A DNA stretch of 64,000 bases from Octopus vulgaris (lineage: Eukaryota): positions 45,074,001 through 45,138,000 of the forward strand of contig OX597820.1 of NCBI GenBank assembly GCA_951406725.2, written 5' to 3'. The notes beneath the pieces are model-generated. The model did not search any database. It had not been told where the DNA came from and saw only the letters and a program-made list of their open reading frames with translations. Positions 50,130-61,758 of this stretch are shown here, piece after piece (the stretch's first letter is position 1; each line of letters begins with the position of its first letter). The translations under genes were made by a program, and so were the position numbers.

Positions 50130-50999
50130 ATGTATATGTGTGTGTATATGTATATGTGTATATGTATATATGTATATATGTATATATGTATATGTATATA
50201 TGTATATATGTATATATGTATATGTATGTATGTATATGTATATGTATGTATGTATATGTATATATATGTATGTATGTATATGTGTATATGTATATATGTA
50301 TATGTATATATGTATATGTATATATGTATATGTATATATATATGTATATGTATATATGTATATGTATATATGTGTATGTGTATATATGTGTATATGTATG
50401 TATGTGTGTATATGTATATATGTGTATATGTATGTATGTATGTATATGTATATATGTGTATATGTATGTATGTATGTATATGTATATATGTATGTATGTA
50501 TGTATATGTATATATATATGTATATATGTATGTATGTATGTATATGTATATATATATGTATATATGTATATGTATATATATATGGAAAGCGGACGTTAAA
50601 TGATGATGTATGTATATGTATATATGTATGTATATATATATGTATGTATGTATATGTGTATATATATATGTATGTATGTATGTATATGTGTATATATATA
50701 TGTATGTATATGTGTATATATATATGTATGTATATGTGTATATATATATGTATGTATATATATATATATATGTATGTATATGTATGTATATATGTATGTG
50801 TATATGTATGTATATATGTATGTATATATGTATGTATATATGTATGTATATGTATGTATATGTATGTATATATGTATGTATATATGTATGTATATATATA
50901 TGTATGTATATGTATATATATATATGTATGTATATATGTATGTATATGTATGTATATATGTATATGTATATATATATATGTATGTATATATGTATATAT

Positions 51000-51030
<31 letters not shown>

Positions 51031-51046
51031 TATATATATATGTATG

Positions 51047-51077
<31 letters not shown>

Positions 51078-51118
51078 ATATGTATGTATATATGTATGTA
51101 TATATGTATATGTATATA
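50082..51118. repeat. ~1-kb compound (TA)n/(TATG)n microsatellite; second block at 51371-51610
   Basis: Read directly. Confidence 0.97.
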
Positions 51119-51413
51119 TCATCATCATCATCGTTTAACGTCCGTTCTCCATGCTAGCATGGGTTGGACGGTTCGACCGGGGATCTGGAAAGCCAGAAGG
51201 CTGCACCAGGCTCCAGTCTTATCTGGCAGTGTTTCTACAGCTGGATGCCCTTCCTAACGCCAACCACTCCGTGAGTGTAGTGGGTGCTTTTTACGTGCCA
51301 CCTGCACAGGTGCCAGGCGAGGCTGGCAACGGCCACGGTCGGATTGGTGTATTTTATGTGCCACCTGCACATATGTATATATATATATATATGTGTATAT
51401 ATATATATGTATA

Positions 51414-51462
<49 letters not shown>

Positions 51463-51531
51463 ATATATATATATGTATGTATATATATATATGTATGTAT
51501 ATATATATATATGTATGTATATATATATATG

Positions 51532-51612
<81 letters not shown>

Positions 51613-52174
51613 TCATCATTGTCGTTTGTCTGGTTTCAATGCTGGTATGGGTTGGACGATTTGACTGAGGGCTGGCAAGCCAGAAGGCTGCACCAGGCTC
51701 CAATCTGATTTGGTAAAGTTTCAACAGCTGGATCCATTTCCTAATGCCAACCACTCTGAGAGTGTAGTGGATGATTTTTACATGTCACCCGCACGAGGGC
51801 CACTCAGGTGGTACTGACATCAACCAAGCTTGAATAATGCTTATATATATAAGACAACATTATTATTTCTAAAAAAAACTAATAAGTATGTGTTCTGAGT
51901 GCTTTTTACCATTTTGTACTATTTTTACCATTTAGATTGAATTAAATGAAATCCAATTTCCCTGTCCTACATTGCCTAATTGTTAGCCTCTCCTCACCAC
52001 CTTAATCCACACACACCCTTGTGTTGATTTGCTTGACTAATCCTTTCAAGGTAGTGTCCCAGCATGTCCACTGTCAAGTAACTGAAACTAAAAAATGAAA
52101 ACAACTTTAAATCTTTTCTCTCTGTAAAAAAAAAAAAAAAAAATGATAATTTTCAAATTTCTTGATTATTGTAG

Positions 52175-52321
52175 GTCAGAAGTACCTTACAGGACTATGC
52201 TGTATCTATAGCAACCCGAGGTATCATGCATAGCAATACATTAGATAAAACCAAAAGCTCAGATAACCGAATGAGTTTCAGACCTTTACACAAACCCGAA
52301 CTGTATTCGGTCCGAAGAAAG
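52175..52321 (+). CDS. RAD17: RAD17 coding exon 13 (..SIATRGIMHSN...FRPLHKP)
   Basis: Rad17 IATRG.MHSN and FRPLHKP motifs; AAG|GTGAGT. Confidence 0.94.
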
Positions 52322-52787
52322 GTGAGTATTAAAAAATCACTTAAGATTATTTTAGATTGGTACTGATTTATGAACCACCTATGATAATGAATACTTAAGA
52401 ATAAAGCCAATAAGGGAGTGGGGAAACCTTTTCCATACCAGGGCTGTTCTGTATGCAAGCCTGTTGGGTCTTTTCATGCTGAGAAAAATAATGGTTTAAT
52501 TTTGCAAATGTATGGGTTATGCAATTTGTATTAAAATAATATTTTTTTTGTATTCTTTTATTCTTTCTTTTAACTTGTTTTAGTAATTTTGCTGCAGCCA
52601 AGCTGGAGCACTACCTTAAAATGGTATTAGTTGAACAAATCTACCCCAGGACTTATTCTTTGTAAGCTTAGTATTATATTGGCCTCTTTTGCCGAACCAC
52701 TAAGTTAAGGGTATGTAAATACACCAACATCGGATGTCAAGTAATGGTGGGGGAACAAACACAGACACAGACACACACACAAATATA

Positions 52788-52837
<50 letters not shown>

Positions 52838-52839
<2 letters not shown>

Positions 52840-53278
52840 TACCCGCATGGTTCATAGTCTCAAAAATTTGTCCTACGAAGAAAGGCTGAGGATGCTCGAC
52901 CTTTATTCTCTTGAAAAACGCCGCCGCCGTGGTGATCTCATTCTCGCCCACAACATCATAAGCGGAAAGTGTAACCTCTCGAAAGAGCTGTTCTTCACTC
53001 CTGCTCCAGAGCGTCGGCTGCGGGGTCATTCCGAAAAGCTCTACCTGTGACGATTTCATCTCAATCGAAGGAGAGGAGCTTTCTCCGTCCGGGTTGCGGA
53101 TCCGTGGAACAAGCTGCCAGACGAGATGGTGAAGATGCCGACGACCGCTTTGTTCAAAGCCTCCCTTGACCTCAAGTGGCCTGAACTCTTTACATGAACA
53201 CCACCCTGTACTTAACTCCATGTCACCCTACATGGCCTTGCTATTTGCTTTTGAGCCAAATTAACTAACTAACTAACA
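52838..53278 (+). mobile_element. CR1 3' end (second family) with (TAAC)n tail, inserted in (TA)n
   Basis: LSYEERLRMLDLYSLEKRRRRGDLI, LRGH and FSVRVADPWNKLP motifs. Confidence 0.92.
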
Positions 53279-53310
53279 TATATATATGTATATATATATG
53301 TATGTATATA

Positions 53311-53652
53311 ATTAGAAAAAAACACCTTTTATCAATTCAAAATGAACAATTAAATTACACCATCTAGAAAATTACATATAATAGAAAAATTGAAATTAAA
53401 ATAACAATAAAATGTCAAAGATTAAGTAAATTGCAAAAAATAATAATAAAAACATACATAATAGGTATTATATACCTATTATATACGTTTTTAATACCTA
53501 TTATATACGTTTTTATTATTATTTTTTGTAATTTACTTAATCTTTGACATTTTGTTATTTTAATTTCAATTTTTCTATTATATGTAATTTTCTAGATGGT
53601 GTAATTTAATTGTTCATTTTGAATTGATAAAAGGTGTTTTTTTTTTCTAATT
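53311..53652. repeat. AT-rich ~340-bp fold-back palindrome
   Basis: ATTAGAAAAAAACACCTTTTATCAATTCAAAATGAAC... is mirrored by ...GTTCATTTTGAATTGATAAAAGGTGTTTTTTTTTTCTAAT. Confidence 0.93.
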
Positions 53653-53665
53653 TTTTATATATATA

Positions 53666-54175
53666 CTAGCAGTATCGCCCGGCGTTGCTCGGGTTTGTAA
53701 GGGAAATAACTATATAAGCATTTTTAGAGAGTTACTTCCCTTATAGATGCCAATTCGGGCTTTCTTAGCCATTTCTGTTTTGGTGTCTTCAAGCCATGAA
53801 GTCGTTGTTCTAAAAGAAAGCTGGTCTCCTTGACAACGCTTTACGACGTTGATTTCCTTACACTCCCTTCCCCACAGCTTCACGAGGGAGGGAAGAAGGG
53901 GGAGAAGCAAACAGGTGCAGGTGTGACCATGGACGCCAACTCCGCCGCCATCGACACATGAAAAATTATGCATTAAAATGGAATAAAAAATGTTAAATTA
54001 TTTTTAAAATCGTAGACTCATCATAGACGCGCGCTAATACTCAGACGGGCTCGATATGAATCACGACTATAAGATACCCGAATTTGGTTAAACTGCACCA
54101 CAAAATGTGGGAGTAGTTAGGAATCTAAATCGAAGGGGACAGACACTCACACAACTACGGTTTTATATATATAGA
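53666..54175 (-). mobile_element. Non-autonomous Helitron
   Basis: 5' TC, 3' CTAG and subterminal hairpin; 3' end shared with the 12511 copy. Confidence 0.82.
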
Positions 54176-54265
54176 TATTGTGCGAAATTGATATAGTATT
54201 TCTAAATTGAATTTTTTTCCTTGTAAGTTTGGATTTTATTCCCTCAAATAATAATTATATATATA

Positions 54266-54659
54266 TCTTTATATATAAAAGAGAGGTTGTGTGCTGTCTG
54301 TCTCCTATGATTTAGATTCCTAACTCCTCCCACATTTTGTGGTGCAGTTTAACCAAAACCGGGTATCTTATAGTCGTGATCCATATCGAGCCCTTCTGGG
54401 TATTAGCGTGTGTCTACGATGAGTCTACGATTTAAAAAAAATTTACCATCAATTTTTCCCATTTTTTATGCATTTTTGGCATATATAAGGGAAGTAACTC
54501 TCCAAAAATTTATTAAATCTCAGAACGTAAAAAGCTACAGTAACACCCCCCCCCTTTGTGGTTAGCCATATTGAAATGGCTATTATACTTTACATCTCTA
54601 AAAATGCTTATATAGTTATTTCCCTTACAAACCCGAGCAATGCCGGGCGATACTGCTAG
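54266..54659 (+). mobile_element. Non-autonomous Helitron, head-to-head with the previous copy
   Basis: A|TC...CCCGAGCAATGCCGGG-CGATACTG-CTAG|T. Confidence 0.85.
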
Positions 54660-54673
54660 TATATATATATATA

Positions 54674-55133
54674 GTAGTACAAGCGGTCAAGAAGTGAAAA
54701 GAAATTTTTAGCTTATCTATTTTCAGGCATCACTGCTCGATGAATGAATAATAGAGCACATGGGGGTGTCCTTTTAAGTATAAATTGACCGGAAGGGGTT
54801 TGAGTTTAGGGGCAGACAAGACGGAAGTACTAAAGAGTTTAAGAAAACAGACTGCGAAATGGCGAAGTTTGATTCAGGAGAGAGTGAAAACTTGAACGGG
54901 CAAATTATTGTAGAGGGCGAAGAACAAAGTAATATGGAGAAAGGGAAAAAGAAGGGAGAAATTATCAGCACATAAAAATGAAAGGATATTTTGGGAAGAC
55001 GATATCAACTGCTTAGCTCACGTTAAGAAATAAGCATATTAGTAAATAGATAATACATTTTTTTTAGTGTTAGAGCGAATGTAGTATTAGTGGCGGCGAA
55101 TGTAGTACAAGTGGTCAAGAAGTGAAAAGAAAT
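54674..55133. mobile_element. Unclassified 460-bp insert bounded by 32-bp direct repeats, in (TA)n
   Basis: GTAGTACAAGYGGTCAAGAAGTGAAAAGAAAT at 54674-54705 and 55102-55133. Confidence 0.65.
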
Positions 55134-55759
55134 ATATATATATATGTATATATATTTATACACACACACACATACAACAGGCTTCTCTCAAGGTTTTGGT
55201 CAGCCTGAGGCTATAGTAGACAGAACTTTCTCGGTTGTTGATTTTGAAATTTGTGAGCGAAAATTTGCCTGTAAATGAGGTAACTCCTCATTTATGCCTT
55301 GATAGCTAGAAATAGGTATCAAATTCCCTCAAATCATATCTTACTTTGTTAATGGTAAGAGTAGACTTGTTGGGCAACATAGGTATTTAAAGAGACAGGA
55401 TGGTTTTGGCTTGAATATCTTTGATCATAAGTCTGCTCAACAAGACCTGACTTGGTGTTGAACAACAATGACAACAATATTGAAGACTCTAGACTGCTAT
55501 CAACTAACTTCATATATTTTTTTAATGAAGTTCTTCAGTTACTTTCAAAACTGGATTTATCACATAGTTAGACATGACTTGATTGTAAATGAATGGTTTC
55601 TAAGGCTGGATGCCCTTCCTAGTGCCAAACATGAAAAATAATTTGGTTTAAAAAAAAATTATGATCAAATGACAGAAAATTTCACATTTTTAAGATTACC
55701 ATTTCAATTGGTTTTGAAATGCAATTTTGAATAAAAAATTTTTTTTTTTTGTATTTCAG

Positions 55760-55799
55760 TTCAGGGATCGGTACCAAGCAAGTAAAGATATTTTTAGTT
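55760..55799 (+). CDS. RAD17: RAD17 coding exon 14 (FRDRYQASKDIFS)
   Basis: Strong poly-T CAG acceptor, GTAAGT donor; phase 0-1 links the flanking exons. Confidence 0.8.
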
Positions 55800-56269
55800 G
55801 TAAGTAATGAATACCAAACTTTGGCAGATAATTATTTTTATCTCTTAATTTTGATGCTTTAACTTAACCCTTTAACATTCATGTTACTCTGTCAAATGTA
55901 ATGCTTTATTGTTTTGAATTAATCTTGAATTATCTTGTAGCTTCAAGATTTCAATGATGTTATTTATGTTTAGAATGCTATTGTAGGGTAGGTGTGAGAG
56001 GCCAGATCTGGATGGTTTGGACATAAAGCAGGTTGAATATTTGGACCAGATATGTCTGGTTTAAATGCTAAAGGATTTAATAATAATGAAATAATAATAA
56101 TAATCTATAGATATGACTTGGCTTAAAGAGTAATTCACTGGATTAAATTATGTAGAGGTGATTCTCTTATCTGGTCATGGGAAAACTCTAACCCATGCGA
56201 GCACGACAAAGTAGACATGGTGGTGGTGGTGGCAATGGTAGCATACTTTTGAAACTACACTTTGCCATT

Positions 56270-56484
56270 ATCATCATCGTTTTAATGTTCACTTTTTCAT
56301 ACTTGCACGGGTTGGACAGAATTTATCAAGATAGATTTTTCTGTGGCTGGATGTCCTCCCTGTTGGCAAACCTTACCTGTTTCCAAGTTAAGTAATATTT
56401 CTCCCTAGACAGACATGTTATCAGAGAATATTGGAAATGAAATGACACTGCCTGAATTGCTCTATGTTAAGACAAGGAGAGAGA

Positions 56485-56542
<58 letters not shown>

Positions 56543-56707
56543 GACAGAGGCCTCTTTTAGTATCTGTCTACAGAATCCACTTACAAGGCTTTTGTTGGCC
56601 TGGCACTATAGTAGATGACACTTGCCCAAAAATGCCATGCAGTGAGACTGAACTCAAAATTATGTGGTTGGAAAGCGAACTTCTTAATCATACAACCAAG
56701 CCTGTGC
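56270..56707 (-). mobile_element. Older SINE with family-1-like head, (CA)n and RTE-like tail; copies at ~19915-20295, 29370-29750, 62640-63090
   Basis: Head motif CACTTGCCCAA...ACTGAAC joined to GGCTGGATG-CC-TCC and a (CAT)n tail. Confidence 0.72.
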
Positions 56708-57841
56708 TTACACAACTATGCCTGTCCCATAAATATCAGTTGACTTGATGCTCTTCCTAGAAAAATGGTTTCTGTGTAGTTAATAGAAATCAATGTTCTA
56801 TGAAAATAAGTAAAGGAAAGCTTCTAGTGTACTGATTTGATGGACAAGTTTTGGTTCATAGTGGTAGTTATTTCTTGAAAAAGCATCAACACCTCAGTTT
56901 CCCATCCTTAAATCTTGTGTCTAATTAAAACAAGTAAATATCTGATTAATTCTACAAATCTAGAATTCAGATCCCACCCTAAATTTTGCATTTAATTTAT
57001 TACACAAAATACACTGTTGTAGTTGGTTTAGTGCTAATTATTATCAACCTTATGGTCATTAAAATGGCCTAACAGCTCTGATAAACTGATTAATGGGCTG
57101 TGGTCTGAAACTGAATTAACTTGATGATATGGTATGTCTTACTGACAGTTAGGTTGTCTGAGATTGAACTTGGTGATCTAGTGTCTATTAACCCATTAGT
57201 GTTCAGATTACTCTGTCAAATGTAATGCTTATTTGTTCACATTGTTTTCAATTAAGCATGCATATTACCTTGTTGCTTGGCGATTTTGATGATGTGATTG
57301 TTTATTTTTAGAATAACATTGTAGGGTAGGTGTGAGAGGCCAGATTTTGCTGATTTGAACATAGAACAGGTAGAATATTTAGGTTGGATATGGCTGGTTT
57401 AAATGTTAAAAGGTTAAAGCTAGATTGATTGGTAGATTATAGTCTGAGATTGAGCAATCTTTGTTAAAGAAACCCAGTGAAAATGAAACTCCTGCTGTGG
57501 ATTTGAACCTATGGCCTATGAGCTTGTATTTTAGTTTAGTATCTATTCAGTTATTTCACTCCTTCACACAACATACTACTTAAGTCAATGAAGTGAACTC
57601 TGTAGTGGCTTGATCTTTTTGAAATAGCTGTCAAAATTTTCCTCAAAGTATACCCTACCTTTTTAAAATGGAAGAGCATATTGTTACACTAATGTCTGAG
57701 AAGCTGGATGTTAAAGTACCTTTGGTCATAGGTTTGCTCAATCAGTTCTGACCAGGGGCTAAACAACAACCACAACCATAAAACACTACTTGGTAAAGGA
57801 TGGCAAATCTGGTTTTCTGAATTTTCAAGTCATTTATTAGA

Positions 57842-57913
57842 TACTCCTATGACTTTATTCATGTTGTCCTTTTTACTATTTCCAGACAAATATCATTTGT
57901 AAATGATACCTTT
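57842..57913 (+). pseudogene. Decayed duplicate of the acceptor and 5' half of RAD17 coding exon 16
   Basis: TTTTACTATTTCCAG-ACAAATATCATTTGTAAATGA compared with TTTTACTATTTCCAGGACAAATATCATTTGTAAATGA at 59605-59641. Confidence 0.8.
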
Positions 57914-57970
57914 ATGTTTTCAAAAACCTTTTTACTCTTCACTAAAACAACTGATTTTCATCTATTTCAG

Positions 57971-58057
57971 TTCCTATTCTTGGTGCTTCCAATGAGGTCC
58001 TACTCACAGAAATTGTTCCCTACATGAAGTTAACTAATGTTACAATGCATTCACCTA
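57971..58057 (+). CDS. RAD17: RAD17 coding exon 15 (PILGASNEVLLTEIVPYMKLTNVTMHSP)
   Basis: L.TE..PY motif; phase 1-1. Confidence 0.87.
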
Positions 58058-59619
58058 GTAAGGAATTCTTTTGTTTTCTGGGATTTAAAAAAAAAATTGT
58101 TTATAATTTTCAGTGACTTTCACTATTGTGGGAGTTTAAAATTACTAATTTAACCTTTTAGCATTCAGATTACTCTGTCAAATTTATTGCTTATTGATTC
58201 ACATTCCCTCTCTCTCTCTTTCGGAGAGGCACTGAGCAGCTATACGCACACATACACACACGGCAGTAACTTCCACCTACCGAATTCAATCACAAAGCTC
58301 CGGTCGGTTCGGGGCTATAGTGGAAGACACCTACCCAAAGTGCCACGCAGTGGGACTGAACCCGAAACCATGTAGCTAGGAAGCAAGCTCCCTAACCACA
58401 CAGCCATGAATCATGAATTGTCTTATAGCTTTGAGACTTTGATGATTGCTTATTTTTAGAATGACATTGTGTAGGGTAGGTGTGGTAGGTTGGATCTGGG
58501 ACCTGATATCGCTGATTTAAATGCTAAAGGGTCAAGTGGAGTAGAGGCTGTTTTAGTATAGATGAAAAAAGACATAGCAAGATAAATGTTTAACAAGAGG
58601 AAAATATTTCCTAAATATTTCATATGTGAAGATTTGTCAGGTAGACTAACTAGTGGTTCTCAAACAGGCAATTACCAGCTCCATCAAATACAAGACCCAC
58701 CCCTCTTTTTAAATGAGATGAAATAGCTTGTATCCATATGATTGTGCTGTCTTTGCCTTTGCATTGGACAAGTTTAAAACTATTTTACTTTTATTACACC
58801 TCGCCTAGCCTGATATGGCAGTGTGGTTAAGAAGCTTTCTTTGTAGCCATGTGGTTTCAGTTTCTTTTGGATTGTGCGGCACCTTGGGCAAGTATCTTCT
58901 ATTATAGCCCTGTAAGTGAAGTTAGCAGCTGGAAGCACGCACTCACGTATGTATGTATGTATGTGTGTGTGTCTTGTTTGGGTTTGTCTGTATCACGGCT
59001 TGACAACTGCTGTTAGTTTGTTTACACTCTGTAACTTAGTGGTTTGTCAAAATGGACTGATAGAGTAAGTACTAGGCTTTAAAAACTAAGTGTTGGGGTT
59101 GATTTGTTCAACTAAACCCTTCAAGGCAGTACTCCAGCTTGGCTACAGTTCAATGGCTGTAAAAAGTAAAAGATAAAAGATTCATCTGCTCCCTTTTCAG
59201 TCCACACTGCCCTTCCCCATCCTTCTGAGGAACACTGAGTTAGACTGCTTTTATTTGGGTGCAGTCTAGAAACTGTGTATGCGGTGGCTGCTCTGTCATC
59301 AGTTGCTTTGGTGCAGGGGCAGGGTATAATTGTGCTTTGTGAAAGATGAGCAGTTGTTCAAAGATTAACATTTTTACTTCTGATTCTGAAGAGGAAATGC
59401 AGTTTTTGATAGCTGGAGAATACAGGAGTGGTGGGTCTCCTTTATTTGATGGTATTACCTAAATATTTTCTACTGCATGATGTTGCTAGTATGTGTGTCA
59501 TAAGTTTGTTATTATTGTTTATGACAACAAACAACAGTATGCCACACACACACACATGCAACTATGGTACTCATTGACTTTGCTCATTTATTCAAGTTGC
59601 CCTATTTTACTATTTCCAG

Positions 59620-59671
59620 GACAAATATCATTTGTAAATGACATCTGTACCTTTCCAAAGTTTCACTCAAG
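59620..59671 (+). CDS. RAD17: RAD17 coding exon 16 (QISFVNDICTFPKFHS)
   Basis: TTCCAG acceptor, AG|GTAAGT donor; resembles vertebrate QISFIQDIG. Confidence 0.85.
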
Positions 59672-60004
59672 GTAAGTTTCCTGAAAATTTCTCTTGCTTT
59701 TCACTTTATTACTTTGCTACAGTAATTCTTCTTCATCATCTTCATTGCTTTTGTACTTATTTTTCCATGCTGGCATTTTTAGAGGTCCAAACGCCTTTCC
59801 TGATGCCAACAATTGTAGTTATCCCTTACAACATGCAGAGCTACAATGCACTTATTCTAGAAACCTGATATACATGGATGTTATTTAAGACCTATTATTT
59901 TGTTTTCTGTCATAAATTTTCCATCTATGTGTAAACTTAATGGGTCATATGCATGATTTTGTGGTTAAGAAGTTTGCTTCACACTGATTAAAATATCTGG
60001 CAGC

Positions 60005-60950
60005 TTAAAATGTCTGGTCGGGTAGGATATAGCCTTGTTACCCATATTAGTTAATCAAGTTGTCCATGAGGCAGTCATACTCAATGATTGGTGTAGTAGA
60101 ATTATAGTCAGCTGCTGCAAAGACAAAGGTGATGCCTTAGACAGAAATAATTACAGAGACATAAAGTTGCTGGACCAGGTGATGAAAGTCCCTGAAAGGA
60201 TCATAATTCAATTAATTAGGAAGAGAGTTAGTGTAGATGAGATGCTGTTCGAACTTATGCCAGGCAGGAGCACGGCCAATGCTATATTCCTGGTTAGGTA
60301 ACTGCAGGAGAAATACTTAGCTAAAAATAAACCTCTGTATCTGGCTTTTGTCAACATGGAGAAAACCTTTGATAGTCCCTCGCTCCCTTATCTAATGGCC
60401 AATGCAAAAGCTACGGATAGAAGAGTGGTTGGTGAGAGCAGTGCAAACCATGTACAGGGATGCCACCAGTAAGGTTGGCAATGAGTATAGCAATGAATTC
60501 AGTGTGCAGGTAGGAGTCCACCAAGGCTCAGTTCTCAACCCCCTCCTGTTTATATTAGCCCTCAAGGCCTTAACAGAGGAATTTAAGACTGTTTGTCCTT
60601 GGGAACTCCTCTGTGCTGATGACCTTGTTCTTATAGCTGAATCATTTCCTAATTCAGTTGTGGAAACAAGATCTGTAATCTAAGGGCTTTAGGATTAATA
60701 AGTCCTGGTAAGTAGGAAAACAGACAAATTACAAGTCTCTTCTGGGAGATGGCCCTGCTTGATATGTAAGAAGGATTTTGGTAGAAACTCCATACATTGT
60801 ACCCAATGCGAGCTTTGGATACATGAAAGGTAAAGGAAGGTAACTCTACAGGGGGGGGGGGGCGTAACACAATGCATGCACTTGTCCATTTGCTGGAGAT
60901 TGCAAAAAACAAGGTGTACTAACCTAAGAACTGTGTGTGGGGGTGTGATA
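60005..60950 (+). mobile_element. Decayed RTE RT fragment
   Basis: KGDALDRNNYRDIKLLDQVMKV, GVHQGSVLNPLLF and LLCADDL, with stops. Confidence 0.87.
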
Positions 60951-61411
60951 ACTTTTGTTAAACTCTGACTGTAACCTGTAAAAGAATAAAACATATCTAA
61001 TGCTGTTATGAAGTAATTTGTGAGCTCAGAACTGTGGTTCAGAGTGTTCTCAAAATCATTCGCTTGCTTCACTTCTGCTTTTCTAACCTATGGTAGCATA
61101 GGTTAGATTGATAGTTATTTGAGGCAGTATTCATACTGCCGGATGCTCTTCCTGCTGCCAACCCTTGTTTTTACAAGTAAAAGATGTTTTGTTCCACTAC
61201 TTTTAGGGCACAGTGTTCTGGATGTAACATTTATTGGGTATGTGAATACAACTCTTGTATTTTTGTTCAGAGAATCTCATGTGAAAATCAAAAACAGCAA
61301 CTTTCAAGCACATGTATATTCACATGCATATACATGTGTGTGTATGAAAGTTGCCATTGCTGCTTCTTGCATGAGACCATCTAAACAAAAACAACAGTCA
61401 TTGTGTTAAAG

Positions 61412-61758
61412 AGTAAAAGGGTAAAGACCCTCTTTGGTCATGAATGACCATGGGATTGCACCTACAAAGTTACCCTCTGAGGCACAAGTCTGGGCAAAGT
61501 TGTTTATGGAAGACCAGCAGTTGCCCATGCATACCATTTTTCCTTCTCCATGTCACCGACGTTATTCAAAGGAAAGGCAAAGGCCGATACAGCTTGGCAC
61601 CAGTGACGTCACAACTCATTTCTACAGCTCAGTGAACTGGAGCAATGTGAAATAAAGTGTTTTGCTCAAGAACACAGCACACAGCCCTGTCCAGGAATCA
61701 AACTCACTACCTCATGTTTGTGAGCTTGACGCTCTAACCACTGAGCCATGTGTCTCCA
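61412..61758 (-). mobile_element. tRNA-derived SINE with CORE-like middle; related head at ~31808-32100 (+)
   Basis: Minus strand TGGCTCAGTGGTTAGAGCG A box, GAGTTTGATTCC B box, then ACACTTTATTTCACATTGCTCCAG. Confidence 0.78.

Larger units (their letters stand above)
18289..59671 (+). other. RAD17: Gene span of cell cycle checkpoint protein RAD17 (RFC-like 9-1-1 clamp loader, AAA+), 3'-partial
   Basis: 16 GT-AG exons join in frame (1784 nt, ~594 aa): Walker A GPSGVGKT, KYxxL motif (KYKRL), Walker B IILVEDYP, FNPVA, GDIRGAVNALQF, GGKDGSLFLFRALGKILYCKR. No stop reached, so the terminal exon is probably beyond the window. Confidence 0.96.

Noticed and set aside
49869-51754. Long Y/I/H/T/M/C/V-rich ORFs
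   Set aside because: Translations of TA/TATG microsatellite
55082-55090. TAGTATTAG as a CRESS-DNA virus origin nonamer
   Set aside because: One mismatch from TAGTATTAC, no flanking stem-loop and no Rep ORF
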